This document shows positions 18,488 through 25,605 of a stretch of 26,225 nt of DNA, in pieces. The stretch covers positions 1-26,225 of IMG/VR virus record IMGVR_UViG_2537562013_000006, one strand, 5' to 3'. This DNA comes from a virus (Duplodnaviria; Heunggongvirae; Uroviricota; Caudoviricetes). The stretch's first letter is position 1. Each line of letters opens with the position of its first letter. The translations under genes and the position numbers were made by a program. A model generated the notes under the pieces. It searched no databases. It had not been told where the DNA came from and saw only the letters and a list, made by a program, of their open reading frames with translations.

Positions 18488-18760
18488 TTATCCGTGGGTG
18501 TGGATAACGCAGTTCCGATCCGCATATTGCATGTATCAACATGCAAAAAGTTGCTAATTCGGAGTGGAACCACCTGCCCCCACCTGGAACCACCTTTTCC
18601 TAACCTTTCCCTCAATCGACTTATATATATATATGGGGTTTCTAGTAGAAAGGCGGTTCCAGTGGTTCCAGTAGTTCCGCCCCGCTTGCCACAAGGTCTG
18701 CAAGGTGGAACCACCTTCTCTTCTAGGTGGTTCCGCGTGGTTCCAGCGGTTCCCAAACCT
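18488..18760. repeat. Putative replication origin: iteron cluster (GGAACCACC / GGTGGTTCC), AT-rich tract, DnaA-box-like inverted pair and a 7-bp-arm palindrome
   Basis: GTGGAACCACCT-type 11-12-mers at 18564-18575, 18584-18595 and 18705-18716. GGTTCC copies at 18655, 18664, 18729, 18739, 18748 and a degenerate one at 18673. (TA)n tract at 18621-18634. TTATCCGTG (18488-18496) and a perfect DnaA box TGTGGATAA (18499-18507). Palindrome TTGCATG-N6-CATGCAA at 18527-18546. Lies immediately 3' of the primase gene. Confidence 0.55.
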
Positions 18761-20909
18761 TGCATTTTTTCCCCCCAATTCGCCTTTGGGCACGCTTATA
18801 CCCGCAATTTTGCAAAACATTACTAATTCGCATTTCTTCGCGTTTTCCGATGCGGTCAGGATTTAGCCCAATCGCATCACGCAAAACATCACTTGCGCGT
18901 AAAAATTCGCAATTTCGCGGAAGTTCATTAGTCATCAGGTCGGGCGTGTCGAGCCATTTCTCTACCGTTTCAAGCCAAGCATCCTTGATGGTGTACTGTT
19001 CATGGACACTCGCTGCCAGTTGTTCAGCCTCACGGAACTGGATACCCCCCAGACGCTGAAACACCTCACGAGCCTCAGCCCAAAGTAAAAGGAGATCTCT
19101 TTTTATCGCTTTCACGTCGACTTTCGACACTTCCACGGGGAGCCAGCGACGGTTACCAGTCTTGTCCGCAAGGAATTCGTCCTCATTAGTGGTACCAACG
19201 AACACCAGGCGACGAGGAAACTGGGTGGCGAACTCCCGGTATTTCGGGATCCAGTTTTCGTGAGTACGCGTCACAAACGCTTTGATTGACTCCAGCTCTT
19301 TGGTATTAAGCCCGCGCAGTTCACCAATCTCTGCCACCAGCCGACCACGCATTTTTCGAGCGAGATCATCGTCTTTTTCGGCAAAAGAGATTTCAGTAAA
19401 AAACGCAGGATCAGGGCTCAGTGCCTCCACTCCGGAAGACTTACCGCAGCCCTGCGGACCAACGAGGATCGGCACCATATCCGCTTTGATGCCTGGCTCC
19501 AGTACTCGCCCCGCCAACGCGGTCCACATGTACATAGACACCGCACGGGTATAAGGCGTGTCGGCGGTACCGAAGTGCGTATGGTAGAAACATTCGATGC
19601 GCGGCACGCCATCCCACTCCAGTCCGTTCAGCCAGGTGATCGCTGAATCGAATGGTTGTTCATCGGCTGCAAGTAACACCACATCGCGAATAAGTTCACG
19701 GCCAACAGGTTTAAATCCCCGCTTTTCCATCGTGATGCGCAGGCGCGCATAATCCGCATCGGTGAATGCCCGCCATTGTCCGGATCCTGCCGGGGCAAAC
19801 ATGATTTCGTCGCGGAACTGGTCAAAGCGAATATCGATGTCCACAAAATCAGAGCGTACTACTGCTTTGGCTGCATTGCTGATGGTTGCCTCGATACGCC
19901 CCCATTTATCACGCTCGAAAGCAGGCAGCGGTAAAGGTTCCGCCACTTCGATGCTGGTCAGATCTTCGAAATCGTCGTTGCGGATCCCGATGGCATTCAG
20001 GAAATCTCCGTCATCACGATGCGCGCAACTGGCATGCAGGCATTTAAAATGCCCCTGCTCAAAGCCTGCGGTTCCCGCAGGAAAATAAACTGTGCTTGTT
20101 GGATCGCCTCCGCTACTGTGGCCGTCTTCAAACGGACAGCGGATATATCGTTCACCGTTTGCGCCATCCAGCAGCGTCCAGCCATTGGCATCAAGATATT
20201 CAGCTGTATCATCCGTCGCGCCGGGCGTGAATGCTGAACGGTCGCGCATCTTCGTGTTGCCCGCTTCGGTGGTTACCGACACAGGGAGTTGTTCAGCCAG
20301 GCGCTGCCACAGCGTTTCAAGCTGCTCACCTGTAATAGCCGGAGGTTCATCCGGCAAACCACCGTCCCATTCAATACGCGCGCCGCTGCTGTGCGTACCA
20401 CAGGCAACGAACTGCTGCCCGTTCGCCAGCAACTCGATAATGCCCATATCCCCCGCCAGGCGATGGATACGCTTACGGAAATCACCATCAACGGCCAGCA
20501 GATACAGACACTTATTACTGTTTGCTCGCCAGCGTCGCGGCGGCGACTCACCCAGAAGTTGCACAAGTGTTTTGCGAATATCTGCCTGAATGTCTTCATC
20601 TTCGCTATCGCAGTCCAGCGCCAGCCAGCCATGGCCTGTACGCACGCAGATGCCATAATCCGGTTCATTCGACCAGCGGGCAAAATCATGCTCAGTAACA
20701 ACATGCCCGGTCCATTGAGCAATACCTGTGACCTGGCGGTCCCGGTTATAGCGACTCGGCGTCTTACCCAACGCTTTCAATTTACTATCAGGGGATATGG
20801 TCGCACTGGGGTTACATACAACTGGGAGAAGATGAGCAGTCCGCCCCAATACCAGGTCGAAATGAAACCACTCATCAGGCGTAGCTCCCCATGGTTTGCT
20901 ATCGGACAT
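18723..20909 (-). CDS. Replication primase-helicase (PrimPol N-terminal domain, zinc-binding region, VirE/P-loop C-terminal domain; 728 aa)
   Basis: N-terminal primase-polymerase-like region (GWLALDCDSED), Cys/His cluster (CPFEDGH...FKCLHASCAH), Walker A GPQGCGKSS. ATG at 20909 with AAGGTG SD, 3 nt after the cro-like stop. Confidence 0.85.
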   Translation of the reverse strand: MSDSKPWGATPDEWFHFDLVLGRTAHLLPVVCNPSATISPDSKLKALGKTPSRYNRDRQVTGIAQWTGHVVTEHDFARWSNEPDYGICVRTGHGWLALDCDSEDEDIQADIRKTLVQLLGESPPRRWRANSNKCLYLLAVDGDFRKRIHRLAGDMGIIELLANGQQFVACGTHSSGARIEWDGGLPDEPPAITGEQLETLWQRLAEQLPVSVTTEAGNTKMRDRSAFTPGATDDTAEYLDANGWTLLDGANGERYIRCPFEDGHSSGGDPTSTVYFPAGTAGFEQGHFKCLHASCAHRDDGDFLNAIGIRNDDFEDLTSIEVAEPLPLPAFERDKWGRIEATISNAAKAVVRSDFVDIDIRFDQFRDEIMFAPAGSGQWRAFTDADYARLRITMEKRGFKPVGRELIRDVVLLAADEQPFDSAITWLNGLEWDGVPRIECFYHTHFGTADTPYTRAVSMYMWTALAGRVLEPGIKADMVPILVGPQGCGKSSGVEALSPDPAFFTEISFAEKDDDLARKMRGRLVAEIGELRGLNTKELESIKAFVTRTHENWIPKYREFATQFPRRLVFVGTTNEDEFLADKTGNRRWLPVEVSKVDVKAIKRDLLLLWAEAREVFQRLGGIQFREAEQLAASVHEQYTIKDAWLETVEKWLDTPDLMTNELPRNCEFLRASDVLRDAIGLNPDRIGKREEMRISNVLQNCGYKRAQRRIGGKKCKVWEPLEPRGTT

Positions 20910-20912
20910 GGG

Positions 20913-21113
20913 TTACACCTTTTGTCTAGCTGTCACTTCCTGAAAAAGTTTTTCTATCGCACGTACTGTAGAAAAGCGAGGGTCAGAATGAACCCCGGTA
21001 AGAAGCCGACTAATAGAAGACTGCTTCACGCCTGCAATTTCGGCAATTTGGTTTTGGGTATACCCTGAATCAATCAAGCTTTTGACCATCTCTTGTGGTG
21101 TTAGTCCGGACAT
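20913..21113 (-). CDS. Cro-like HTH transcriptional regulator (66 aa)
   Basis: Helix-turn-helix core QNQIAEIAGVKQSSISRLL; small protein transcribed divergently from the cI-like repressor; GGAG SD. Confidence 0.75.
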   Translation of the reverse strand: MSGLTPQEMVKSLIDSGYTQNQIAEIAGVKQSSISRLLTGVHSDPRFSTVRAIEKLFQEVTARQKV

Positions 21114-21146
21114 ATTTAAGTCTCCACTTTCGTCTATAGCGCAAAT

Positions 21147-21220
21147 TTATACGAAAACGGATTACTCAGCAATACAGCAATTCTATGTCATCCTAGATTA
21201 AAATATCCGATAACGCATAA
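21147..21220. promoter_or_regulatory. Candidate operator region between the cro-like and cI-like genes (imperfect inverted 16-mers)
   Basis: TTATACGAAAACGGAT at 21147-21162 and its imperfect inverted partner ATCCGATAACGCATAA at 21205-21220 (12/16 match). Short palindromes CTATAG (21132-21137) and TGTATACA (21231-21238) are also present. Promoter hexamers were not confidently assigned. Confidence 0.3.
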
Positions 21221-21254
21221 TCACCGTCCCTGTATACAACATGGATGAATCCAA

Positions 21255-21929
21255 ATGATTGATACTACCGATATCCTTTCTCAAAACATCAAGTACCTGA
21301 TGGACAAAGCCAAGATAAGCTCGATAACTGAGCTGGCACGTCGGTTACAGCTGAACCAACCAACGCTACACAGGCTGGTATCAGGAGAGGTGAAAGATCC
21401 GAAATACGCAACGTTAAAGCAGATCGCCGACTACTTCCACGTGTCACCAATAGACTTGGCAGAAAGGAGCCTTCAAGAAATGGAGAAAGAGGACGCGACA
21501 GGTATAAAAACGTATATTTCTCTTAGGTTTAATAAAGTACCTGTTTTGGGAAACACTCAGCTAGGCGTTGGAGGACTTTGGAGCGACACCCAATATTCAG
21601 TAGGTAGCAGTGATGGTTTCATATACTGGCCGACAAAGGATGAAGATGCATACGCCCTGAAATGTGTTGGTGATTCAATGATGCCTAGAATCAAAGAGGG
21701 GGAGTTCGTAATCGTCGAACCCAACCACGACTACACTCCTGGTGATGAAGTACTTGTGGTTACCCGGGAAGGTGAGGTCATGGTTAAAACCTTCTTGTTC
21801 GAACGCGATGGCCTGTTCCATCTAATGTCTGTAAATGAAGATCATCCACCAGTCAGAGTACCACGCGAAAACATTGAAAAAATCCATTACGTGGCGGGGA
21901 TCGCCAAATCCGCGCTACGTATGTACTAA
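21255..21929 (+). CDS. CI-like repressor with C-terminal LexA/S24 peptidase domain (224 aa)
   Basis: N-terminal HTH (ITELARRLQLNQPTLHRLVSG), C-terminal S24 fold with Ser in GDSMMP and Lys in VMVKTF about 38 residues later. Confidence 0.85.
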   Translation: MIDTTDILSQNIKYLMDKAKISSITELARRLQLNQPTLHRLVSGEVKDPKYATLKQIADYFHVSPIDLAERSLQEMEKEDATGIKTYISLRFNKVPVLGNTQLGVGGLWSDTQYSVGSSDGFIYWPTKDEDAYALKCVGDSMMPRIKEGEFVIVEPNHDYTPGDEVLVVTREGEVMVKTFLFERDGLFHLMSVNEDHPPVRVPRENIEKIHYVAGIAKSALRMY

Positions 21930-21961
21930 CCTTTACAGTCTGATAACTTACTTCTGATCAA

Positions 21962-21988
21962 ACCGCTCTCCACAAGGGCGGTTTTCTT
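21962..21988 (+). terminator. Intrinsic terminator after the repressor gene
   Basis: CCGCTC-(7-nt loop)-GGGCGG followed by TTTTCTTATTT, 33 nt after the cI-like stop. Confidence 0.5.
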
Positions 21989-22013
21989 ATTTGCAAAATA
22001 ATTCATTTTCGTA

Positions 22014-22042
22014 TTGACACAAAATCCCATAACGCATATAAA
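22014..22042 (+). promoter_or_regulatory. Near-consensus sigma70 promoter with no downstream ORF
   Basis: TTGACA (22014-22019), 17-bp spacer, TATAAA (22037-22042). Followed by a hairpin plus T6 (CGCAT-AATTA-ATGCG-TTTTTT, 22051-22071) and then about 270 bp without a plausible ORF. Confidence 0.35.
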
Positions 22043-22347
22043 TACGATGTCGCATAATTAATGCGTTTTTTAATACTGGCTCTTTAACAAACTGAACCGC
22101 GTGACAGGTAAGCCGCAGTACTCCTGGCAAAACGAAATAGCACCCGATGGGATCGAGGTAAGCGCCGAGTCCGTATGCGTACGGTAAGCGTAGAGGACAA
22201 CACCGCGACAAACTGATAAGTCACGCAAGTTGAAACGCCCCGACGATGGGGCGCTTAGTTCCTTTTGGGGTGGGGTGAAGATCAGTCCATTGAGTCAATC
22301 CGAAGTTCAGCATCTACCACTACACCACCACCAAAGAGAACTGCTAA

Positions 22348-22872
22348 TCATCTGGCAGGTTGTAACGGTGCAGGAGTTTTGCCACTGACTTCTATATTTC
22401 GGGGAAATTTATATTCAGCGGAGCATTTATGACACTTGAGAATTTTATAAGCGGCATTAGAAGTATGGTATTGAAGTATAGACTTCATACCCGACTCATA
22501 GCATGTAGTACAAAGATAATGAGGCTTGAACTCAGGATCGTCAGTAGGCTTCAGTACATAGACCACCGTATTGGTAATCGGGTGGTACATTTCATAGTTC
22601 ATTTTCTCACTATCCCAATCCTGTTTCTTTTCCAGAAGGGATTCGAGTTCAACAATGCGCTGTTTAGCTTCGTTCAAAAGCTCCGTTAGTGCGAATTGTC
22701 CAGTACGCGCATCAATTAGTTTATCAAGTAGATCGATAGTTTTACTTTTAACATTGTAATCCACCTGCAACGCATTAACTTCTTTTGCTAAATCAACAGC
22801 ACCTTTCAAAGCACCACCAGCACTAGTGGCCGCCTCAGTTATACGCCGTACAAGTCCTTTTTCTTCAGACAT
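22348..22872 (-). CDS. Hypothetical coiled-coil plus C4 zinc-ribbon protein (174 aa), low-GC cargo gene
   Basis: ATG at 22872. Helical N-terminal half; C-terminal C-X2-C-X22-C-X2-C (CTTC...CHKC). GC about 40 percent by eye versus a visibly GC-richer backbone. Transcribed opposite to both neighbours. Confidence 0.55.
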   Translation of the reverse strand: MSEEKGLVRRITEAATSAGGALKGAVDLAKEVNALQVDYNVKSKTIDLLDKLIDARTGQFALTELLNEAKQRIVELESLLEKKQDWDSEKMNYEMYHPITNTVVYVLKPTDDPEFKPHYLCTTCYESGMKSILQYHTSNAAYKILKCHKCSAEYKFPRNIEVSGKTPAPLQPAR

Positions 22873-22889
22873 CTTAATTCTCTCTAAAA

Positions 22890-22940
22890 CTATAGGGGTA
22901 AAGAGATATTAGCCGAATTCTCGCTGTAGGGGTACAGAGA
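22890..22940. repeat. Two direct 17-bp repeats upstream of the 174-aa gene
   Basis: CTATAGGGGTAAAGAGA (22890-22906) and CTGTAGGGGTACAGAGA (22924-22940), 15/17 identical, 34 bp start to start, in the divergent control region. Confidence 0.35.
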
Positions 22941-23011
22941 GAGCCATCTCGTCTGACGTGGTTAAAAGCAGGCATTCGCTGACATCCAAGTAATTGCTGT
23001 GTGTAGCCTTT

Positions 23012-23037
23012 GCCCGCCTCAAGTGACGGGCTTTTTT
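23012..23037 (+). terminator. Hairpin plus T6 in the leader of the rightward early operon (terminator/attenuator-like)
   Basis: GCCCG-(10-nt loop)-CGGGC followed by TTTTTT, about 60 bp upstream of the first early gene. Confidence 0.4.
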
Positions 23038-23096
23038 ATGTCTGAAAGCGCACTCGCAACAGCGTGCTCCCCGATATGAAAAAAGGAATACAACCG

Positions 23097-23246
23097 ATGA
23101 AACCTGAATACCTCCATCGACTGACGGGGCGCGATGTTCTCCGTTATCGCCGTAAAAACTTCGATTTGATGACCGGTCTGGCCGTTGCCACTGCGCTCGG
23201 TCTGATCATCACTTTCATTCTCCTTGTAGCGAGGACCACAGTATGA
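23097..23246 (+). CDS. Small membrane protein (49 aa), first gene of the rightward operon
   Basis: The track ORF begins with GTG at 23064. ATG at 23097 has AAGGA 9 nt upstream. C-terminal hydrophobic helix (LMTGLAVATALGLIITFILLVA). Stop overlaps the next start (ATGA). Confidence 0.45.
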   Translation: MKPEYLHRLTGRDVLRYRRKNFDLMTGLAVATALGLIITFILLVARTTV

Positions 23247-23545
23247 GTTTAGAAACCAGTCTCGAACTTAATAATCAACTTCTGGCACAACATAATGCGC
23301 TGCTTGAACGTCTTATCCGCACAATGGCATCAGGCATTGTTATGCATCCTGACACGATTTCACGAGTGCAGGAATGTCGGGATACAGCAACTGAAACTGA
23401 AAATATGTCAGCGGCAATGACACTGGATGATCTGGAGTTCAGCGACGTTATCGCACTGGCTGGTTTCTACCCGGTAGCCACCCCTATCACAGAAGACATG
23501 CTGCAACGTGCTGTTGCCTACCGTGATGCTGAAGGCGATGGTTGA
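23243..23545 (+). CDS. Hypothetical acidic early protein (100 aa)
   Basis: ATG at 23243, translationally coupled to the upstream gene; Asp/Glu-rich; no recognised motif. Confidence 0.5.
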   Translation: MSLETSLELNNQLLAQHNALLERLIRTMASGIVMHPDTISRVQECRDTATETENMSAAMTLDDLEFSDVIALAGFYPVATPITEDMLQRAVAYRDAEGDG

Positions 23546-23685
23546 TCCTCCAGTTAGCAAAAGGGGGTTACCGGGCAGAAGCTATTGCAATTCTGGAAAA
23601 ACAGGGAGCCAGGAAACTTGGTGAAGTAACGGATGAAAATCTCGCTGAAGTAATCACCCTGGCTGAAAAAGCACTGGAGGGTTAA
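23542..23685 (+). CDS. Possible small ORF (47 aa, TTG start) filling the gap before the nuclease gene
   Basis: Open frame from TTG at 23542 (GAAGG 6 nt upstream) to TAA at 23683-23685, ending 2 nt before the nuclease ATG. Reads [47 protein letters not shown]. No ATG; weak call. Confidence 0.25.
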   Translation: MILQLAKGGYRAEAIAILEKQGARKLGEVTDENLAEVITLAEKALEG

Positions 23686-23687
23686 TC

Positions 23688-24989
23688 ATGCCAGACGTTC
23701 ATGCACAACTTTCTCCATCATCAGCGCATCGATGGATGCGCTGCCCAGGAAGTCTGGCGCTGGAGGCCACACAACCGGATAAAGAAACAACTTTTGCAAT
23801 CGAGGGCACTGCAGCGCACGCGCTTGCTGAAAAAGTTCTACGAAACAGGCAAAGCTACCCGGAACACTACGCCGGATGCAATGTTTCTATGTTTCTCGGC
23901 TCATACCCCCTTCGCGAAAATCCTAATGATACATCTGGCCCACAGGTGGATGATGAAATGGTCGAAGCCGTTGGCCGGTATGTTGATACGGTCTGGACTC
24001 TTGCACAGAATAATGAACTATTGGTTGAACAACGTGTTGATTTCTCACATATAACGGGTGTGGAAGAATCTTTCGGAACTGCCGACGGCATAATCATTGC
24101 TGGTAGCGAATTACAAATCCACGACCTGAAATATGGCAAAGGCGTCCGCATTGATGCAGAACAAAATGAGCAACTACAACTGTATGCTCTGGGTGCGCTC
24201 GAACAATTCAGCATGCTGTATGACTTTGAGACTGTAAGATTATTTATTCACCAGCCAAGGCTCAACCACGTTTCAGAATGGTCGTTAACCGTACAGGAAC
24301 TTCAGTCTTTCGGTGAACGGGCACTGGAGGCCGCAACCAGTGCGATCCTTGTTCTCAATATTGCTGAATGCGAAGGCATTGAGACACTACCGCTGGAAAA
24401 CTTCATACCTGGAGAAAAACAGTGCCGCTTCTGTAAAGCAAAAGCTATTTGCACTGCCCAGAAAATGCAGCATTTACAAACAGCGGCCAGCGATTTTGAA
24501 GATCTGACAAAGCCTGTCAGCGAAATAATCTCCAATGCCAGCGCACGTGTACCTCTGTTAACCATTGAGCAGCTTGCGGAGATCTATAGCCAGGCCGACT
24601 TTATTGAATCCTGGCTAAAGGCAGTACGAGACCGGGTTCACAATGAACTCAATGCCGGACATCCGGTACCGGGGTTTAAACTGGTAACAGGAAAACAAGG
24701 TAACCGGGCCTGGAGTGATGAAGAGGCAGCTCGCGCACTTCTGAAGGACCAGTTCAGGTACAAAACTGAAGAAGTATTCGACTTTAAACTTATTAGCCCC
24801 ACAAAAGCCGAAAAACTTATCAAAAAGGCCAGTCCGCGCCGTTGGTCAAAAGTCGAGGCACTGATAACACGAGCTGATGGTAAACCCACCATCGTTCCCG
24901 AGTCAGACCCACGCCCCGCACTCAATATCAACCCTGTAAATGATTTCGACGACGTATCCGACGATACGCTAACCGCAGACCTCATCTGA
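23688..24989 (+). CDS. Cas4-like / RecB-family PD-(D/E)XK nuclease with 4-Cys cluster (433 aa; DUF2800-type as recalled)
   Basis: QLQLYALG (QxxxY) and a D..ELQIHDLK nuclease core. One N-terminal Cys (RCPGS) plus C-terminal C-X2-C-X5-C ([10 protein letters not shown]), the Cas4/AddB-type Fe-S arrangement. GGAGGG SD. Confidence 0.8.
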   Translation: MPDVHAQLSPSSAHRWMRCPGSLALEATQPDKETTFAIEGTAAHALAEKVLRNRQSYPEHYAGCNVSMFLGSYPLRENPNDTSGPQVDDEMVEAVGRYVDTVWTLAQNNELLVEQRVDFSHITGVEESFGTADGIIIAGSELQIHDLKYGKGVRIDAEQNEQLQLYALGALEQFSMLYDFETVRLFIHQPRLNHVSEWSLTVQELQSFGERALEAATSAILVLNIAECEGIETLPLENFIPGEKQCRFCKAKAICTAQKMQHLQTAASDFEDLTKPVSEIISNASARVPLLTIEQLAEIYSQADFIESWLKAVRDRVHNELNAGHPVPGFKLVTGKQGNRAWSDEEAARALLKDQFRYKTEEVFDFKLISPTKAEKLIKKASPRRWSKVEALITRADGKPTIVPESDPRPALNINPVNDFDDVSDDTLTADLI

Positions 24990-25004
24990 TTTAAGGAAAT
25001 ACCC

Positions 25005-25553
25005 ATGAAACTGAAGCTGAACAATGTTCGTCTGGCCTTCCCGTCTCTGTTTGAAGCTAAAACTGTAAACGGCGAAGGCGATCCACGTTTCTCCGCAGTA
25101 TTTTTAATGTCACCCAAACACCCACAACTGGAAGAAATCCGTAAAGCTATGAAGCAGGTAGCGAAGGAAAAATGGGGAGAGAAGTGGGAGCCCATTTATA
25201 ACCAACTGGAGAAAAAACTCAAGCTGTGCCTGCATGATGGTGATGAAAAAGCAGAGTATGAAGGCTTCCCCGGCAATTTCTTCCTGAATGCTGCTAACAA
25301 AGCGCGCCCAGCTGTTCTTGATCGCGATCGTTCGCCACTTATTCAGGCTGATGGACGTCCCTATGCAGGGTGCTATGTAAACGCCGTTATCGATATCTGG
25401 GCACAGGACAATAATTTCGGTAAACGCATTAATGCCTCACTCGGCGGAGTCCAGTTCCTGCGAGACGGCGATGCATTCGCTGGCGGCGGAGTGGCAAGCG
25501 CTGACGATTTCGACGATATCAGCGAAGGTGCTGATGCTGAAGCACTGATTTAA
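25005..25553 (+). CDS. SSB-like protein (182 aa; DUF2815-type as recalled)
   Basis: AGGAAA SD; acidic C-terminal tail (DDFDDISEGADAEALI) reminiscent of SSB tails; follows the nuclease gene, as is usual for this gene pair. Confidence 0.65.
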   Translation: MKLKLNNVRLAFPSLFEAKTVNGEGDPRFSAVFLMSPKHPQLEEIRKAMKQVAKEKWGEKWEPIYNQLEKKLKLCLHDGDEKAEYEGFPGNFFLNAANKARPAVLDRDRSPLIQADGRPYAGCYVNAVIDIWAQDNNFGKRINASLGGVQFLRDGDAFAGGGVASADDFDDISEGADAEALI

Positions 25554-25605
25554 CCCTACTTCATAGACGCCCGGTTAAATACCGGGCTGCTGATTAGGCG
25601 TATAA

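Noticed and set aside
18560-18760. Possible CRISPR array suggested by the short repeats
   Set aside because: Repeat units are only 9-12 bp, occur in both orientations with irregular spacing and no unique spacers of uniform length. This fits iterons, not CRISPR.
18478-18826. Three overlapping ORFs (18478..18765 minus, 18554..18820 minus, 18494..18826 plus) across the iteron region
   Set aside because: Their translations are dominated by repeated GTT/VVP-type stretches that simply spell out the GGAACC/GGTTCC iterons. No RBS; interpreted as translation of a repeat array.
20289-21068. 259-aa plus-strand ORF overlapping the primase and cro-like genes in antisense
   Set aside because: Lies antisense to two well-supported genes with clear motifs (Walker A, HTH). 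Long antisense ORFs are expected by chance in GC-rich coding DNA.
21987-22211. 74-aa minus-strand ORF in the noncoding stretch after the repressor gene
   Set aside because: No convincing SD, Cys/Tyr-rich odd composition, and it runs antisense through the promoter-like element. Judged spurious, though the region itself is flagged as a possible sRNA locus.
22885-22945. T7-class single-subunit RNAP promoters suggested by the CTATAGGGG cores of the direct repeats
   Set aside because: Only the ACTATAGGG core resembles the T7 consensus, the upstream specificity region does not match, and no phage-type RNA polymerase gene is present in the window. Kept only as unexplained direct repeats.
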